From assembly GCF_001735745.1 (NCBI RefSeq), contig NZ_CP017260.1, positions 330,001-362,000 of the forward strand: 32,000 nucleotides of DNA. Reading direction: 5' to 3'. A program made the position numbers and the translations under genes. Under the pieces are notes generated by a model that saw only the letters and a program-made list of their open reading frames with translations, was not told the DNA's origin and did no database searches. The stretch's first letter is position 1. Each line of letters starts with the position of its first letter. This document shows, piece after piece, positions 1-9,560 of this stretch. This DNA comes from Formosa sp. Hel1_33_131 (GTDB taxonomy: Bacteria; Bacteroidota; Bacteroidia; Flavobacteriales; Flavobacteriaceae).

Positions 1-2
1 AT

Positions 3-164
3 AACATCTTCGACACTAAAGAAAATAGTACGTTGATTGCAACTTTAAAAACCCGATTAGCATCCCTTAAAAAAGAAAATAAAATGGACATGTCTGATGA
101 GGAATTAAAAGAAATGACAGACATCAGAATTAAAAGACGTTACAGAGTTGAGCCAGCAAATTAA
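3..164 (+). CDS. 3' end (53 codons) of a CDS that begins left of the window; tail tentatively sulfatase-like
   Basis: Manual translation of frame 3 is open from the window edge: NIFDTKENSTLIATLKTRLASLKKENKMDMSDEELKEMTDIRIKRRYRVEPAN, with TAA at 162-164. The charged helical tail resembles C-termini of Bacteroidota sulfatases, and a sulfatase plus FGE lie nearby. The family call is weak. Confidence 0.3.
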   Translation, partial: NIFDTKENSTLIATLKTRLASLKKENKMDMSDEELKEMTDIRIKRRYRVEPAN

Positions 165-262
165 ATCAACTGCTACTTTAATTATTAAATAAAACGATTT
201 CAAATGTTTATAAAAATATCAAAACCAACAAACATTCTTGTAACGTTTTAAAAAAACAGCTC

Positions 263-2599
263 ATGATTAAATCAAAACAGAATTTTAAACTCCTACTTCA
301 TGTAAGTGCACTTACTATTGTTTTTTTTACTTCATTTAGAGTTCAAGGGCAAACCGTAGGCGTAAAAAATGAGGCCTATTTAGTAGATCATGTAAATCCT
401 TTAATGGGTACAGATTCTAAAAAAAGTATGTCTAACGGAAATACGTATCCTGCAATTGCCACCCCTTGGGGCATGAATTTTTGGACGCCAATGACATCTA
501 AAATGGGAGATGGCTGGACGTATAATTACGATGATGATAAAATTAGAGGCATCAAACAAACACATCAACCTAGTCCTTGGTTAAATGATTATGCGGCCTT
601 TTCTTTTATGGCAGTCACAGGTGAATTAAAGTATCAAGAAGATGAAAGAGCTTCATGGTTTTCTCATAAAGCAGAGACGGTAACCCCTTATCATTATAGT
701 GTCTATCTAGCAGAATATGATGTAGTCGCAGAAGTAGCGCCAACATCGAGAGCTGCACATTTTAAATTTACCTTTCCTGAAGCAGAGTCTTCATACATTA
801 TGTTAGATGCTTTTTTCAAAGGTTCCATGGTTAAAATTTTACCAGAAAAACGTAAAATTATTGGCTATTGCAGAAACAATAATGGTGGTGTGCCAGATAA
901 TTTTCATAATTATTTTGTCGCAGAATTTGATAAAGATTTTGAAATGACACACACTTGGAAAGACGATTGGGAACTTCAAAAAAACAACCTCAATAGCGAA
1001 GGAAAACATGTGGGTGCAATCATTGGTTTTAAAACCAAAAAAGGAGAAGTGGTAAACGTAAAAGTAGCCTCCTCTTTTATAAGTTTAGAGCAAGCACAAC
1101 TAAATTTAGATAGAGAAATTGGGAAAAATTCTTTTATAGACACCAAAGAGAAAGCAAAAAATGCTTGGGAAAAGGAACTGAGTAGAATTAAAATTGAAGA
1201 TGATAATAGTAATAACATCAAAACTTTTTATTCTTGCCTATACAGAGTCTTACTATTTCCAAGAACCTTTTATGAGTTTGATACAGATCATAAAATGGTG
1301 CATTACAGTCCATACAATGGAAACGTATTACCAGGTTATATGTTTACAGACAATGGTTTTTGGGATACGTTTAGAGCGGTTTTTCCATTTTTTAATATGA
1401 TGTATCCAGAACAGAATAATAATATTATGGAAGGTTTGGCTAACACCTATAAAGAATCTGGATGGTTGCCCGAATGGGCAAGTCCTGGACACAGAGCTGT
1501 AATGATTGGTTCTAACTCTGCTCCAATTATTGCTGATGCCTATTTAAAAGGAACTATCAAAAATGAAAAAACTGCAGAAATTTTATTTGAAGCCCTACTA
1601 AAAAATGCCACTGTTGAAGAAGGCAGGCCTGTAAGATCTGTGGGGAGAGAAGGATTAAATTATTACAATACTTTAGGCTATGTCCCTTTTGATGTAAATA
1701 TTAGAGAGAATGCTGCCAAAACCTTGGAATATGCCTATGCCGATTTTACAATTGGGCAAATGGCAGAAAAAATGGGAAAAAACAAAATTGCTAAAAAGTA
1801 TTATGAGCAATCGTATCGTTATAAAAATGTATTTGATCCCTCAACAAATTTAATGCGAGGAAAAAATGAAGACGGTACGTTTCAAAGTCCTTTTGATCCA
1901 TTAAAATGGGGGGGTGCTTTTACAGAAGGAAACAGTTTACATTATACTTGGTCTGTTTTTCAAGACATCGATGGATTGATCAACTTAATGGGTGGAAAAG
2001 ATAATTTCATCAAACAATTGGATGGGGTTTTTACAATGCCTCCAAAATATGATGCCTCCTATTACGGAAAAGTAATTCACGAAATTAGAGAAATGGAAGT
2101 TGCAAATATGGGCAATTATGCGCACGGAAATCAACCCATACAACATATGATTTATTTGTATAATTATGCAGGTGTTCCATACAAATCCCAAGATAAAATT
2201 AGAACCGTTTTAACCAAATTATACACACCAACTCCAGATGGTTATTGTGGAGATGAAGATAATGGACAAACCTCAGCTTGGTATGTTTTTAGTGCATTAG
2301 GGTTCTATTCTGTAACGCCTGTGACTGATGAATTTATTATTGGAAGTCCGTTATTTAAAAAAGCTACATTAAATTTAAGAAACGGAAATACCTTTACAAT
2401 TGAAGCAAAAAACAATTCTAAAAACAACTTTTATATTCAGTCTGCACGTTTAAATAATTCTGATTATCAAAACAGTTTTATTAAATGTAGCGATATTCAA
2501 AAAGGAGGTCATTTAGAATTTGAAATCTCTAATACTCCAAATAAAATTTGGGGAAGTAAAGCCGAAAACCTGCCATTTTCTTTAAGTAGAAAAAAATAA
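263..2599 (+). CDS. Glycoside hydrolase family 92 (alpha-mannosidase), secreted
   Basis: 778-aa ORF with an N-terminal signal peptide. GH92-type motifs are present: VNPLMGTDS...GNTYPAIATPWGMNFWTP, SWFSHKAETVTPYHYSVYL...RAAHFKFTF, and GDEDNGQTSAWYVFSALGFY near the C-terminus. Confidence 0.9.
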   Translation: MIKSKQNFKLLLHVSALTIVFFTSFRVQGQTVGVKNEAYLVDHVNPLMGTDSKKSMSNGNTYPAIATPWGMNFWTPMTSKMGDGWTYNYDDDKIRGIKQTHQPSPWLNDYAAFSFMAVTGELKYQEDERASWFSHKAETVTPYHYSVYLAEYDVVAEVAPTSRAAHFKFTFPEAESSYIMLDAFFKGSMVKILPEKRKIIGYCRNNNGGVPDNFHNYFVAEFDKDFEMTHTWKDDWELQKNNLNSEGKHVGAIIGFKTKKGEVVNVKVASSFISLEQAQLNLDREIGKNSFIDTKEKAKNAWEKELSRIKIEDDNSNNIKTFYSCLYRVLLFPRTFYEFDTDHKMVHYSPYNGNVLPGYMFTDNGFWDTFRAVFPFFNMMYPEQNNNIMEGLANTYKESGWLPEWASPGHRAVMIGSNSAPIIADAYLKGTIKNEKTAEILFEALLKNATVEEGRPVRSVGREGLNYYNTLGYVPFDVNIRENAAKTLEYAYADFTIGQMAEKMGKNKIAKKYYEQSYRYKNVFDPSTNLMRGKNEDGTFQSPFDPLKWGGAFTEGNSLHYTWSVFQDIDGLINLMGGKDNFIKQLDGVFTMPPKYDASYYGKVIHEIREMEVANMGNYAHGNQPIQHMIYLYNYAGVPYKSQDKIRTVLTKLYTPTPDGYCGDEDNGQTSAWYVFSALGFYSVTPVTDEFIIGSPLFKKATLNLRNGNTFTIEAKNNSKNNFYIQSARLNNSDYQNSFIKCSDIQKGGHLEFEISNTPNKIWGSKAENLPFSLSRKK

Positions 2600-2622
2600 A
2601 ATTAATAAATATTTAAGCTCAA

Positions 2623-3996
2623 ATGAAACGTAAAACCATCCTTTTTTTATCTATTAGTTTTCTCTTTTGGGGATGCTCTTCATTGAAATCAAAGGTTGGA
2701 AATCAACAGCTATTAGAAAAAAATCAAAGACCAAATGTTATTTTTATTTTAACAGATGATCAAGGCTCTATGGATGTGAATTCGTATGGAGCAAAAGATT
2801 TGGTCACGCCAAATATGGATTATATTATAGAAAATGGAACTCGTTTTAATCAATTTTATGCATCCCCTGTTTGTTCGCCTTCTAGAGCTTCTTTATTAAC
2901 AGGTAAAACACCTCAAAGAGCAGGTTTATCGGGGAATGCTGTGCCAGATTCAAAAGTAAAAAAGGGACTTCCTGGAACAGAATATACCATGGCAGAAATG
3001 TTTAAAGATGCAGGCTATGCCACCGCACATATTGGAAAATGGCATTTGGGAGATGCTCCAGAAATGACTCCAAATGCTCAAGGGTTTGACCATTCGTTTG
3101 GACACATGGTAGGCTGTATAGATAATTATTCGCATTTCTTTTATTGGAATGGTCCTAACAGACACGATTTATTCAGAAACGGAAAAGAAGTCTATTATGA
3201 TGGACAGTTTTTTCCTGATTTAATGGTCAATGAAGCTTCTACTTTTATTGAAGAAAATAAAAAGAATCCTTTCTTTATGTATTTTGCTGTGAATATGCCG
3301 CATTACCCCTATCAGGGAGATGCTAAATGGTTAGACTATTATAATGATAAAGGGGTTTCATATCCCCGAAATTTATATGCTGCATTTATTTCAACTTTGG
3401 ATGATAGAATTGGTGCACTACTTAAAAAACTAGATGAATTAGAAATCAAAGACAATACTATTATTGTGTTTCAGTCGGATAATGGCCATTCAACAGAACA
3501 ACGTGCGCATTTTGGTGGTGGAAATTCAGGGCCTTATAGAGGTGCAAAATCGAGTTTGTTTGAAGGGGGTATTAGAGTTCCTGCAGCCATCACTTGGCCA
3601 AATAAAATACAAAAAGGTGCCATTAGAAATCAGTTTGGCGTGAATTCAGATTGGATGCCAACACTCGCAGAATTATGTGGAATTAAACTTGATTCACAAG
3701 ATTTGGATGGTAAAAGCCTCGTCTCCATCATCCATAATGAAAAAGAAAAAACTCGGCATACAGAAGGCTATTGTTGGGAATATCAAGATATGTGGGTGGC
3801 TCGTAAAGGTCACTGGAAATTATTAGGAAATCCCAGAGATACGAGCAAGAAAACATATAAATTAAAAGAAAAAAGATTCTTGGTAAATCTTGATGATGAT
3901 ATTGGTGAGACTACAAATCTCGCCAAAAAATATCCAGAAAAAGTTATCGAATTAGAAAAACAGTATAGGAATTGGTTAAAACGCAATAGCAAGTAA
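2623..3996 (+). CDS. Cys-type (formylglycine-dependent) sulfatase, lipoprotein
   Basis: 457 aa with lipobox FLFWGCSS. It has the sulfatase N-terminal signature NVIFILTDDQG, the FGly modification motif CSPSRASLLTGK (C-x-P-x-R) and GKWHLG. Starts 24 nt after the GH92 stop. Confidence 0.92.
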   Translation: MKRKTILFLSISFLFWGCSSLKSKVGNQQLLEKNQRPNVIFILTDDQGSMDVNSYGAKDLVTPNMDYIIENGTRFNQFYASPVCSPSRASLLTGKTPQRAGLSGNAVPDSKVKKGLPGTEYTMAEMFKDAGYATAHIGKWHLGDAPEMTPNAQGFDHSFGHMVGCIDNYSHFFYWNGPNRHDLFRNGKEVYYDGQFFPDLMVNEASTFIEENKKNPFFMYFAVNMPHYPYQGDAKWLDYYNDKGVSYPRNLYAAFISTLDDRIGALLKKLDELEIKDNTIIVFQSDNGHSTEQRAHFGGGNSGPYRGAKSSLFEGGIRVPAAITWPNKIQKGAIRNQFGVNSDWMPTLAELCGIKLDSQDLDGKSLVSIIHNEKEKTRHTEGYCWEYQDMWVARKGHWKLLGNPRDTSKKTYKLKEKRFLVNLDDDIGETTNLAKKYPEKVIELEKQYRNWLKRNSK

Positions 3997-4006
3997 ATAA
4001 TAACGT

Positions 4007-4795
4007 ATGATTTTAGCAACTAGATTAATATTAATATTAATATTCGTTTTAAGTAGCATGCTAACGAATGCGCAAACAAAAATAATTGCGCATCGCGGAT
4101 TTTCAGGGATAGCTCCTGAGAACACGCTTATTGCATTTCAAAAGGCTATTGACTGTAAAGCGGATTATTTCGAGTTGGATGTTCATAAAACAAAGAATGA
4201 TTCAATTGTTGTTATTCACAATTCATCTGTAGATGAGACGAGTTCCAATGGTTTTAAAGGGGAAATTGCCGAACTAAATTATAGTGACTTAAGGGCTGTT
4301 AACGTTGGTTACAGTCGTAAATTTGGTGATATATACAAAAATGAAAAGATTCCAACTTTAAGAGAGGCCCTTGCATTGGCAAAAGGGAAGATTAAGGTCT
4401 GTATTGAAATAAAGGTTTTTGGGACAGAGAAAGAAGTTCTTAAAATTGTAAATGACCTTGGAGTCAAAGAGGATGTAATTATATTTTCTTTTAAGTACCC
4501 CGTATTGGCTAAAATAAGACAACTGGATACGGATATTTCAATCCTTTGGCTCATTAATAAAGCAGATAACATGACCCTAGAGTATGCTAAAATTATTGAA
4601 TCGAATGCTATTGGAGTGGGGCCTGAAACTACGATTACAAAAGAGTCTCTAAATTTTGCGCACGAAAACGCTATTGAAGTGTGGAAATGGACTGTAAATA
4701 AAGAAGATGAAATGCAACGATTAATTGATCTTGGATTGGATGGGATAATCACTGATTTCCCTGATAAAGCTTTAAAGAAACTAAGCTCAAAATAA
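4007..4795 (+). CDS. Glycerophosphodiester phosphodiesterase (GDPD) family protein, secreted
   Basis: 262 aa with a signal peptide. GDPD catalytic signature IIAHRGFSGIAPENTLIAFQKAI...YFELDVHKTKD. C-terminal GLDGIITDFP is typical of the family. Confidence 0.85.
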   Translation: MILATRLILILIFVLSSMLTNAQTKIIAHRGFSGIAPENTLIAFQKAIDCKADYFELDVHKTKNDSIVVIHNSSVDETSSNGFKGEIAELNYSDLRAVNVGYSRKFGDIYKNEKIPTLREALALAKGKIKVCIEIKVFGTEKEVLKIVNDLGVKEDVIIFSFKYPVLAKIRQLDTDISILWLINKADNMTLEYAKIIESNAIGVGPETTITKESLNFAHENAIEVWKWTVNKEDEMQRLIDLGLDGIITDFPDKALKKLSSK

Positions 4796-4846
4796 ACGCT
4801 ATTAAAGCAGGCGCTTATTCAAAACGTTAAAGCCATCTGCTGACAA

Positions 4847-7800
4847 TTAATATATAAGTATTTTTTTAGAAAAAGATGTTCCTGAGGATTTTCCTAATAA
4901 AATATAAACGCCTGTTTTTAGAGAACTTACATCTAACGATTGCGTTTTAGCACTATTTTTAACATCCATAATTCTCGACCCTAAAATATTAAATAATTCC
5001 ACAGATAAAGGTTCATCCAAGTCATGGTTTATTTCGATGGTTTTAAAAGTGTGGTTAACATAAATTGACACTTTTGATTTTAACATACCGTCTAATGATA
5101 ATACGAGTCCAGAGTCCCACGATCCAGCATCGTTGCCATCAGATCCGAAATCAATAGGACTATTTTCGGTAGAAGCTACAGCACTATATTCAACAAAGCC
5201 TGTAGCTGCGTTAAACATTAAATTTGATGCTGATAAATCTGCATCAATTATAGAGGTTGCAAATACATCTCCTGAAGCTGCATCTAAAGCTGGTTGTATG
5301 TTATTGGTAATTGAATTTGTTAAACTAACTACTGTATTTGGAGTCACACCTATATTTGAAACAGCTGTTTCACTTCCATTATCTACAAAGTTACCATAGA
5401 TCAAAGAATTCGAAATTGTGAATGGTCTATCCCCTTCTAATCGTATTCCACCGCCTTTAGATTGATTTAATGTAGCATTTATGACCGTATTATTAAAAAT
5501 AGTCGTGTTTGTAATACTACTATTCTCATTGGCACCTCCTAAATATATAGCTCCTCCGTCATTTCCTGTCGCTATATTATTTACAAAAGTACAGTTGCTC
5601 ATCACTAATTGTCTGCCTATTGTTGTCACAGCAATTGCACCGCCTCTACTCCCTGAGTTGTTGTTAAAAAGAGAGCCTGAAATGGTTAATGTACCCGTAC
5701 TCCCCGCTAAAATAGCACCTCCATTAGCAGAAGATGTATTGTTTTCAAAAACACAATCTGTAATTATTAAATCGGAAGCTTGTGTTAAATTAAAAACAGC
5801 CCCCTGTAAAGTAGTAGTTACGTTTTGAAATGTGATGTCTTCAAAAGAAATACTAAGTCCCCCAGCAGAAATATTGAACATTCTATCAGTCGCGGTAACC
5901 ACAGCATCTGATTGCCCCTTAAAAGATAATGATTTATCAATTTCTAATACTCCAGATTGATTAAGTGCTCCAACTAAGATGATTGTATCCCCATTAGAGG
6001 CTGTTTGAACCGCAGTGTTTATGGTTGTAAAAGCTGTAGCCTCTGTTAAACCATCCGAGCCATCTCCATCTACTTTTACATAGTAAATGTTATATGTTTC
6101 AGCATAAAAATCATTGGTTTGTATTGTATTAGACGCTGGAGAAGTCCCTATTGTGTTTGTGGCTTTTAACCTGTAAAAATAGTTCGCTTGCTGTAAATCT
6201 GTATCTGTATATGTTTCTGTATCTGCAGGAAGTGTTGCTATGGTCTGAAAGTTTACTCCATCTGGTGAGCGTTCTAAAATATAGTTGTCTTCTTCCATAG
6301 ATACATCATGCCATGTCAGCTCTAAATAATGTTCAGAATCTGTAAATACATAATTATAAGGGAATAGTCTTCCTGGTGTATCTGGTAATATACCATGTGT
6401 CGTTCTATCTTCAAGTTGTGCTAAATATAAAGATTGTATTAAAAGGTCTTCTCCAGTTCCTTCAATGTATCCTGCTGGATGATCAAAAGGACCATCTCCA
6501 TTAACAGTGGCATCACAACCAACAGCATAATTTTGACCAATAGGTGGTTTTTGAATTGCGATTTGATTAGAAGGTGCATCAATATTCCAAGCCACACCGT
6601 TCGTGACTGTCCAACCATGCCCCGTTCCATAACTCCCTCTATTGTGCAAGCCTAAAATACCACCAGTTGTATTGGTATTTGTCCAAGTAATATTATCCCA
6701 AAGTATGCCTTGCCCCCAACGTCTATGCGACTCAGAACGCGTGTAATCTCCCGAAGAGGAGCAATTTGTAAACACAATTCCATTCACATCACTGGCTCCA
6801 TTGGCAACAAAGGTATGCCTGCCATTAGATGCGACACAATTTTCAAAAAGAATATTGTTACAAAAGTCCGTTACTTCGAAATTGTATCTCCATCCCCCAG
6901 AAATTGGACCGTGCATATCGAGTACTTTGGTATCTATTACAGAACAACGCGTTGCCTCATCGAATTTAACGCCTTGGTCACTCACTCTTAAAATGGTGAC
7001 GCCTTGAACCCAAGAATTATCGACACCAATCATGTTAATGCCTACTTTGACATGGTCTCTACCTGTAACTCCTGAAGATTCTACAAATATCCGTAGGTTT
7101 TCAATACCACACTCTTTTAATTGACTGTTCCCATTGTAGGTATATACATAGGATTGCGATAAAGACCGGTCTAATACATCATAAATAGGAGTTGCCACCT
7201 GAATTTTGTTGCCTTCTATATTCGTAATATGTCTATTGAAAACTAAATTTATTGTATTGGGTTCCCACGGAGCGTCAGTGCCTACACCCCCATTATCTAC
7301 GGCTTCTATCCATGCTGCTGTGCTCGGATGTTTGATGATGATATTATCACCAATATTATAAACGGATGCATCTGCAACTTCAATCGTTCTGCTACCCGCT
7401 GGAATATAAGGGCTCACAATATCTTGTCGAGTTCCTGCAACCTGTCCTCCGAAACCACTTTTGTTATTCGTACCAATTCTAATTAGTGTTCTTTCGTCTG
7501 GAATGTTCCCTGCGCCTATAATAATTGTATTTAATGCTGCATCTTCACCATCGCCAGAACCCCGAAGTACAACGCCGCTACTGTTTATGATGAGTTCACC
7601 ACTAACAGAATATTCTCCTGGTGATAATAACAATGTTCCTCTATGTCCATTAGCATTTAGTGATAATGCTTCTACTTCGTCAATTGCTGCTTGAATATGT
7701 GCTGTATTATCTCCAGCCACAGGGCTTATTTGTCTTACGACTGCTACGTTTGGCAACGCTTCTTCACCATTTTTATAACCTACATAACTGAAATCTGGAA

Positions 7801-7948
7801 TGTGGTTCCCATCAGTATCGGAGACATACACCAATTGATCAGAGTTATTGTGGAAAAGGATAGAGGATTCGTATTGTGCCTGTATGGAGTTTGATACGAA
7901 AATTAGAAAACAAATTGTAGTCATCTTCAAATAAGCACTTTTTTTCAT
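4847..7948 (-). CDS. Large secreted multidomain T9SS cargo: N-terminal right-handed beta-helix (pectate-lyase-fold) domain, FN3 domain, PMP-like beta-helix repeat module, T9SS type A C-terminal domain
   Basis: 1033 aa with a signal peptide ending IQAQ.
- aa ~45-515 (DNA ~6404-7816): DFSYVGYKNGE...NTAHIQAAID...GTLLLSPGEYSV, as in pectate-lyase-superfamily proteins.
- aa ~527-610 (6119-6370): FN3-like (YLELTWHDVS...YFYRLKATN).
- aa 621-948 (5105-6088): GGAI/GGAIY-type beta-helix repeats.
- Last ~80 aa: T9SS sorting-domain pattern (LSVELFNILG...VSSLKTGVYILL). Confidence 0.85.
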   Translation of the reverse strand: MKKSAYLKMTTICFLIFVSNSIQAQYESSILFHNNSDQLVYVSDTDGNHIPDFSYVGYKNGEEALPNVAVVRQISPVAGDNTAHIQAAIDEVEALSLNANGHRGTLLLSPGEYSVSGELIINSSGVVLRGSGDGEDAALNTIIIGAGNIPDERTLIRIGTNNKSGFGGQVAGTRQDIVSPYIPAGSRTIEVADASVYNIGDNIIIKHPSTAAWIEAVDNGGVGTDAPWEPNTINLVFNRHITNIEGNKIQVATPIYDVLDRSLSQSYVYTYNGNSQLKECGIENLRIFVESSGVTGRDHVKVGINMIGVDNSWVQGVTILRVSDQGVKFDEATRCSVIDTKVLDMHGPISGGWRYNFEVTDFCNNILFENCVASNGRHTFVANGASDVNGIVFTNCSSSGDYTRSESHRRWGQGILWDNITWTNTNTTGGILGLHNRGSYGTGHGWTVTNGVAWNIDAPSNQIAIQKPPIGQNYAVGCDATVNGDGPFDHPAGYIEGTGEDLLIQSLYLAQLEDRTTHGILPDTPGRLFPYNYVFTDSEHYLELTWHDVSMEEDNYILERSPDGVNFQTIATLPADTETYTDTDLQQANYFYRLKATNTIGTSPASNTIQTNDFYAETYNIYYVKVDGDGSDGLTEATAFTTINTAVQTASNGDTIILVGALNQSGVLEIDKSLSFKGQSDAVVTATDRMFNISAGGLSISFEDITFQNVTTTLQGAVFNLTQASDLIITDCVFENNTSSANGGAILAGSTGTLTISGSLFNNNSGSRGGAIAVTTIGRQLVMSNCTFVNNIATGNDGGAIYLGGANENSSITNTTIFNNTVINATLNQSKGGGIRLEGDRPFTISNSLIYGNFVDNGSETAVSNIGVTPNTVVSLTNSITNNIQPALDAASGDVFATSIIDADLSASNLMFNAATGFVEYSAVASTENSPIDFGSDGNDAGSWDSGLVLSLDGMLKSKVSIYVNHTFKTIEINHDLDEPLSVELFNILGSRIMDVKNSAKTQSLDVSSLKTGVYILLGKSSGTSFSKKILIY

Positions 7949-8297
7949 AATTTATATTTTAATAATTCTTTACAGAGAGGTTTCTAATAAAAACACAAAT
8001 GAACACATATTCATTAATTTAAAATTAATATTTACTTAATATGAAACGTTATTGAGATAAACCGACTCTAAAACACAACATAGCAGCAGCGCAGCTAAAG
8101 GAATTTTTAAAAGATTAAACGTGGGGATTCTGCTAAAGATAACGGAAATACGCTTACCATTGAAGCATAAAAATAAATTAAAAAACAAACACTTGAGGAG
8201 ACTTCGATACTCCAAATAAAATTATCCTTAATATCATCCAAAATAATTGGACTATTTCGTTTAAATTAAGTACTATTGATAAAATAAATTAAAACTC

Positions 8298-9362
8298 ATG
8301 ACCAAAAATGTAATCACATTATTTTTCTTCTTTTATTTGATCTTATTATCATCTTGTGATGAAAAAGGATCAAAAAATACTGAGAATACAATGACTGCCC
8401 CCAAAGGAATGGTTTGGGTAGAAGGAAAAACCTTTTTACAAGGCGCAAAACCTTTAGATAAATTTGCAATGGAAAGAGAAAAACCGGCCCACAAAGTTAC
8501 TGTAGATGGTTTTTTTATAGACATTACCGAGGTCACAAATGGACAGTTTAAAAATTTTGTGAAAGCTACACAATATACCACCATAGCAGAAAGAAAAATA
8601 GATTGGGAAGAAATGAAAAAGCAGTTACCTCCTGGCACTGAAAAACCACATGATTCTATTCTTCAACCTGGTAGCCTCATCTTTAATAAAAACATAAACG
8701 CTGTAGCTAATATGAATAATTACCAGCAATGGTGGACTTGGAAAATTGGTGCTAATTGGCAACATCCAGAGGGACCAAATTCTTCTATAGATGGAAAAGA
8801 TAACCATCCTGTCGTTCATATTGCTTATGAAGACGCAGTAGAGTATTGTAAATGGGCCAACAGACGTTTACCAACAGAAGCTGAATGGGAAGCCGCAGCT
8901 CAGGGAAAGACTGACGACGCTATTTATACTTGGGGAAATAATCCTTCGGTTTTAAATGCAAATGCTAATACTTGGCAAGGAATTTTCCCTGTTAAAAATG
9001 AAAGTATTGATGGGTTTGAATTTATTGCTGACGTAAAATCTTATCCACCAAACAGTATCGGGCTTTATGATATGTTAGGGAATGTATGGGAAATCACCGG
9101 AGATTTATTTAATGTTAATCATTATAAAGAAATAGACAATTCTAAAGGTCTTGTCAATCCAACAGGAGCGAAAAAATCTTACAGTCCAAATAATCCTTAC
9201 CAAATAGAATATGTAATGAAAGGCGGTTCATTTTTATGCCATGCTTCTTACTGTGCCAGCTTTAGAATTTCTGCAAAAATGGGAGTAAGCTCAGATTCTG
9301 GATCAGATCATATGGGGTTTAGAACGGTCGCAACGGCAAAAATGCTCAAGGGTAAGAATTAA
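8298..9362 (+). CDS. Formylglycine-generating enzyme (FGE/SUMF1-type sulfatase maturase) family protein, lipoprotein
   Basis: 354 aa with lipobox LLSSCDE. FGE-sulfatase domain motifs: MVWVEGKTFLQGA, PAHKVTVDGFFIDITEVTNGQF, HPVVHIAYEDAVEYCKWANRRLPTEAEWEAAA, GLYDMLGNVWEIT, KGGSFLCHASYCASFR. Confidence 0.9.
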   Translation: MTKNVITLFFFFYLILLSSCDEKGSKNTENTMTAPKGMVWVEGKTFLQGAKPLDKFAMEREKPAHKVTVDGFFIDITEVTNGQFKNFVKATQYTTIAERKIDWEEMKKQLPPGTEKPHDSILQPGSLIFNKNINAVANMNNYQQWWTWKIGANWQHPEGPNSSIDGKDNHPVVHIAYEDAVEYCKWANRRLPTEAEWEAAAQGKTDDAIYTWGNNPSVLNANANTWQGIFPVKNESIDGFEFIADVKSYPPNSIGLYDMLGNVWEITGDLFNVNHYKEIDNSKGLVNPTGAKKSYSPNNPYQIEYVMKGGSFLCHASYCASFRISAKMGVSSDSGSDHMGFRTVATAKMLKGKN

Positions 9363-9380
9363 TTTCAAACAAATTTCCTT

Positions 9381-9414
9381 CAAAATAGTTCGAGTTTAGG
9401 CACTTTGCCTCCAC
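9381..9414 (+). repeat. Conserved intergenic box, copy A
   Basis: CAAAATAGTTCGAGTTTAGGCACTTTGCCTCCAC. It differs from copy B (14512-14544) by 2 substitutions and 1 indel. Located 19 nt after the FGE stop and 4 nt before a hairpin. Confidence 0.8.
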
Positions 9415-9418
9415 CCTG

Positions 9419-9449
9419 AAAACCCTTCTTAATTGAGGGTTTTTTTGTT
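9419..9449 (+). terminator. Intrinsic-terminator-like hairpin downstream of the FGE gene
   Basis: Stem AAAACCCT (9419-9426) pairs with AGGGTTTT (9436-9443) around a 9-nt loop. The T-run continues to 9446. An A-run on the left arm could let it act bidirectionally. Confidence 0.7.
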
Positions 9450-9457
9450 ATAACTGC

Positions 9458-9486
9458 AACAGCCTATAGAGTTAGTATAGGCTGTT
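9458..9486. terminator. Perfect 11-bp hairpin in the convergent intergenic region; possible terminator for the adhesin gene
   Basis: AACAGCCTATA (9458-9468) pairs with TATAGGCTGTT (9476-9486) around a 7-nt loop, 75 nt beyond the adhesin stop codon. No flanking T-run on either strand, so terminator function is inferred only from position. Confidence 0.4.
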
Positions 9487-9560
9487 ACGGATATAAAAAT
9501 GGACTTCATCTTCTGTAAAAGTGAAGATTAAAAAAGCTAAAATAAGAGTGTTTTTCTCAT

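Noticed and set aside
4796-4846. Possible terminator between the convergent GDPD and beta-helix genes (AAGC-AGGC-GCTT at about 4809-4820)
   Set aside because: The stem is only 4 bp, the loop is 4 nt and there is no T-run. This is too weak to call.
9387-9400. TAGTTCGAGTTTAGG in the conserved box looks like a tRNA T-loop (GTTCGA), suggesting a tRNA 3' fragment or att site
   Set aside because: The flanking bases cannot form a 5-bp T-stem or an acceptor stem, and no CCA-proximal pairing exists. No integrase is nearby.
9396-9411. Box A contains GGCAC...TTGC, which resembles a sigma-54 -24/-12 promoter
   Set aside because: The GG-to-GC spacing is about 8 nt instead of the required 10-nt separation between the GG and GC elements, and copies B and C do not keep the GG/GC pair.
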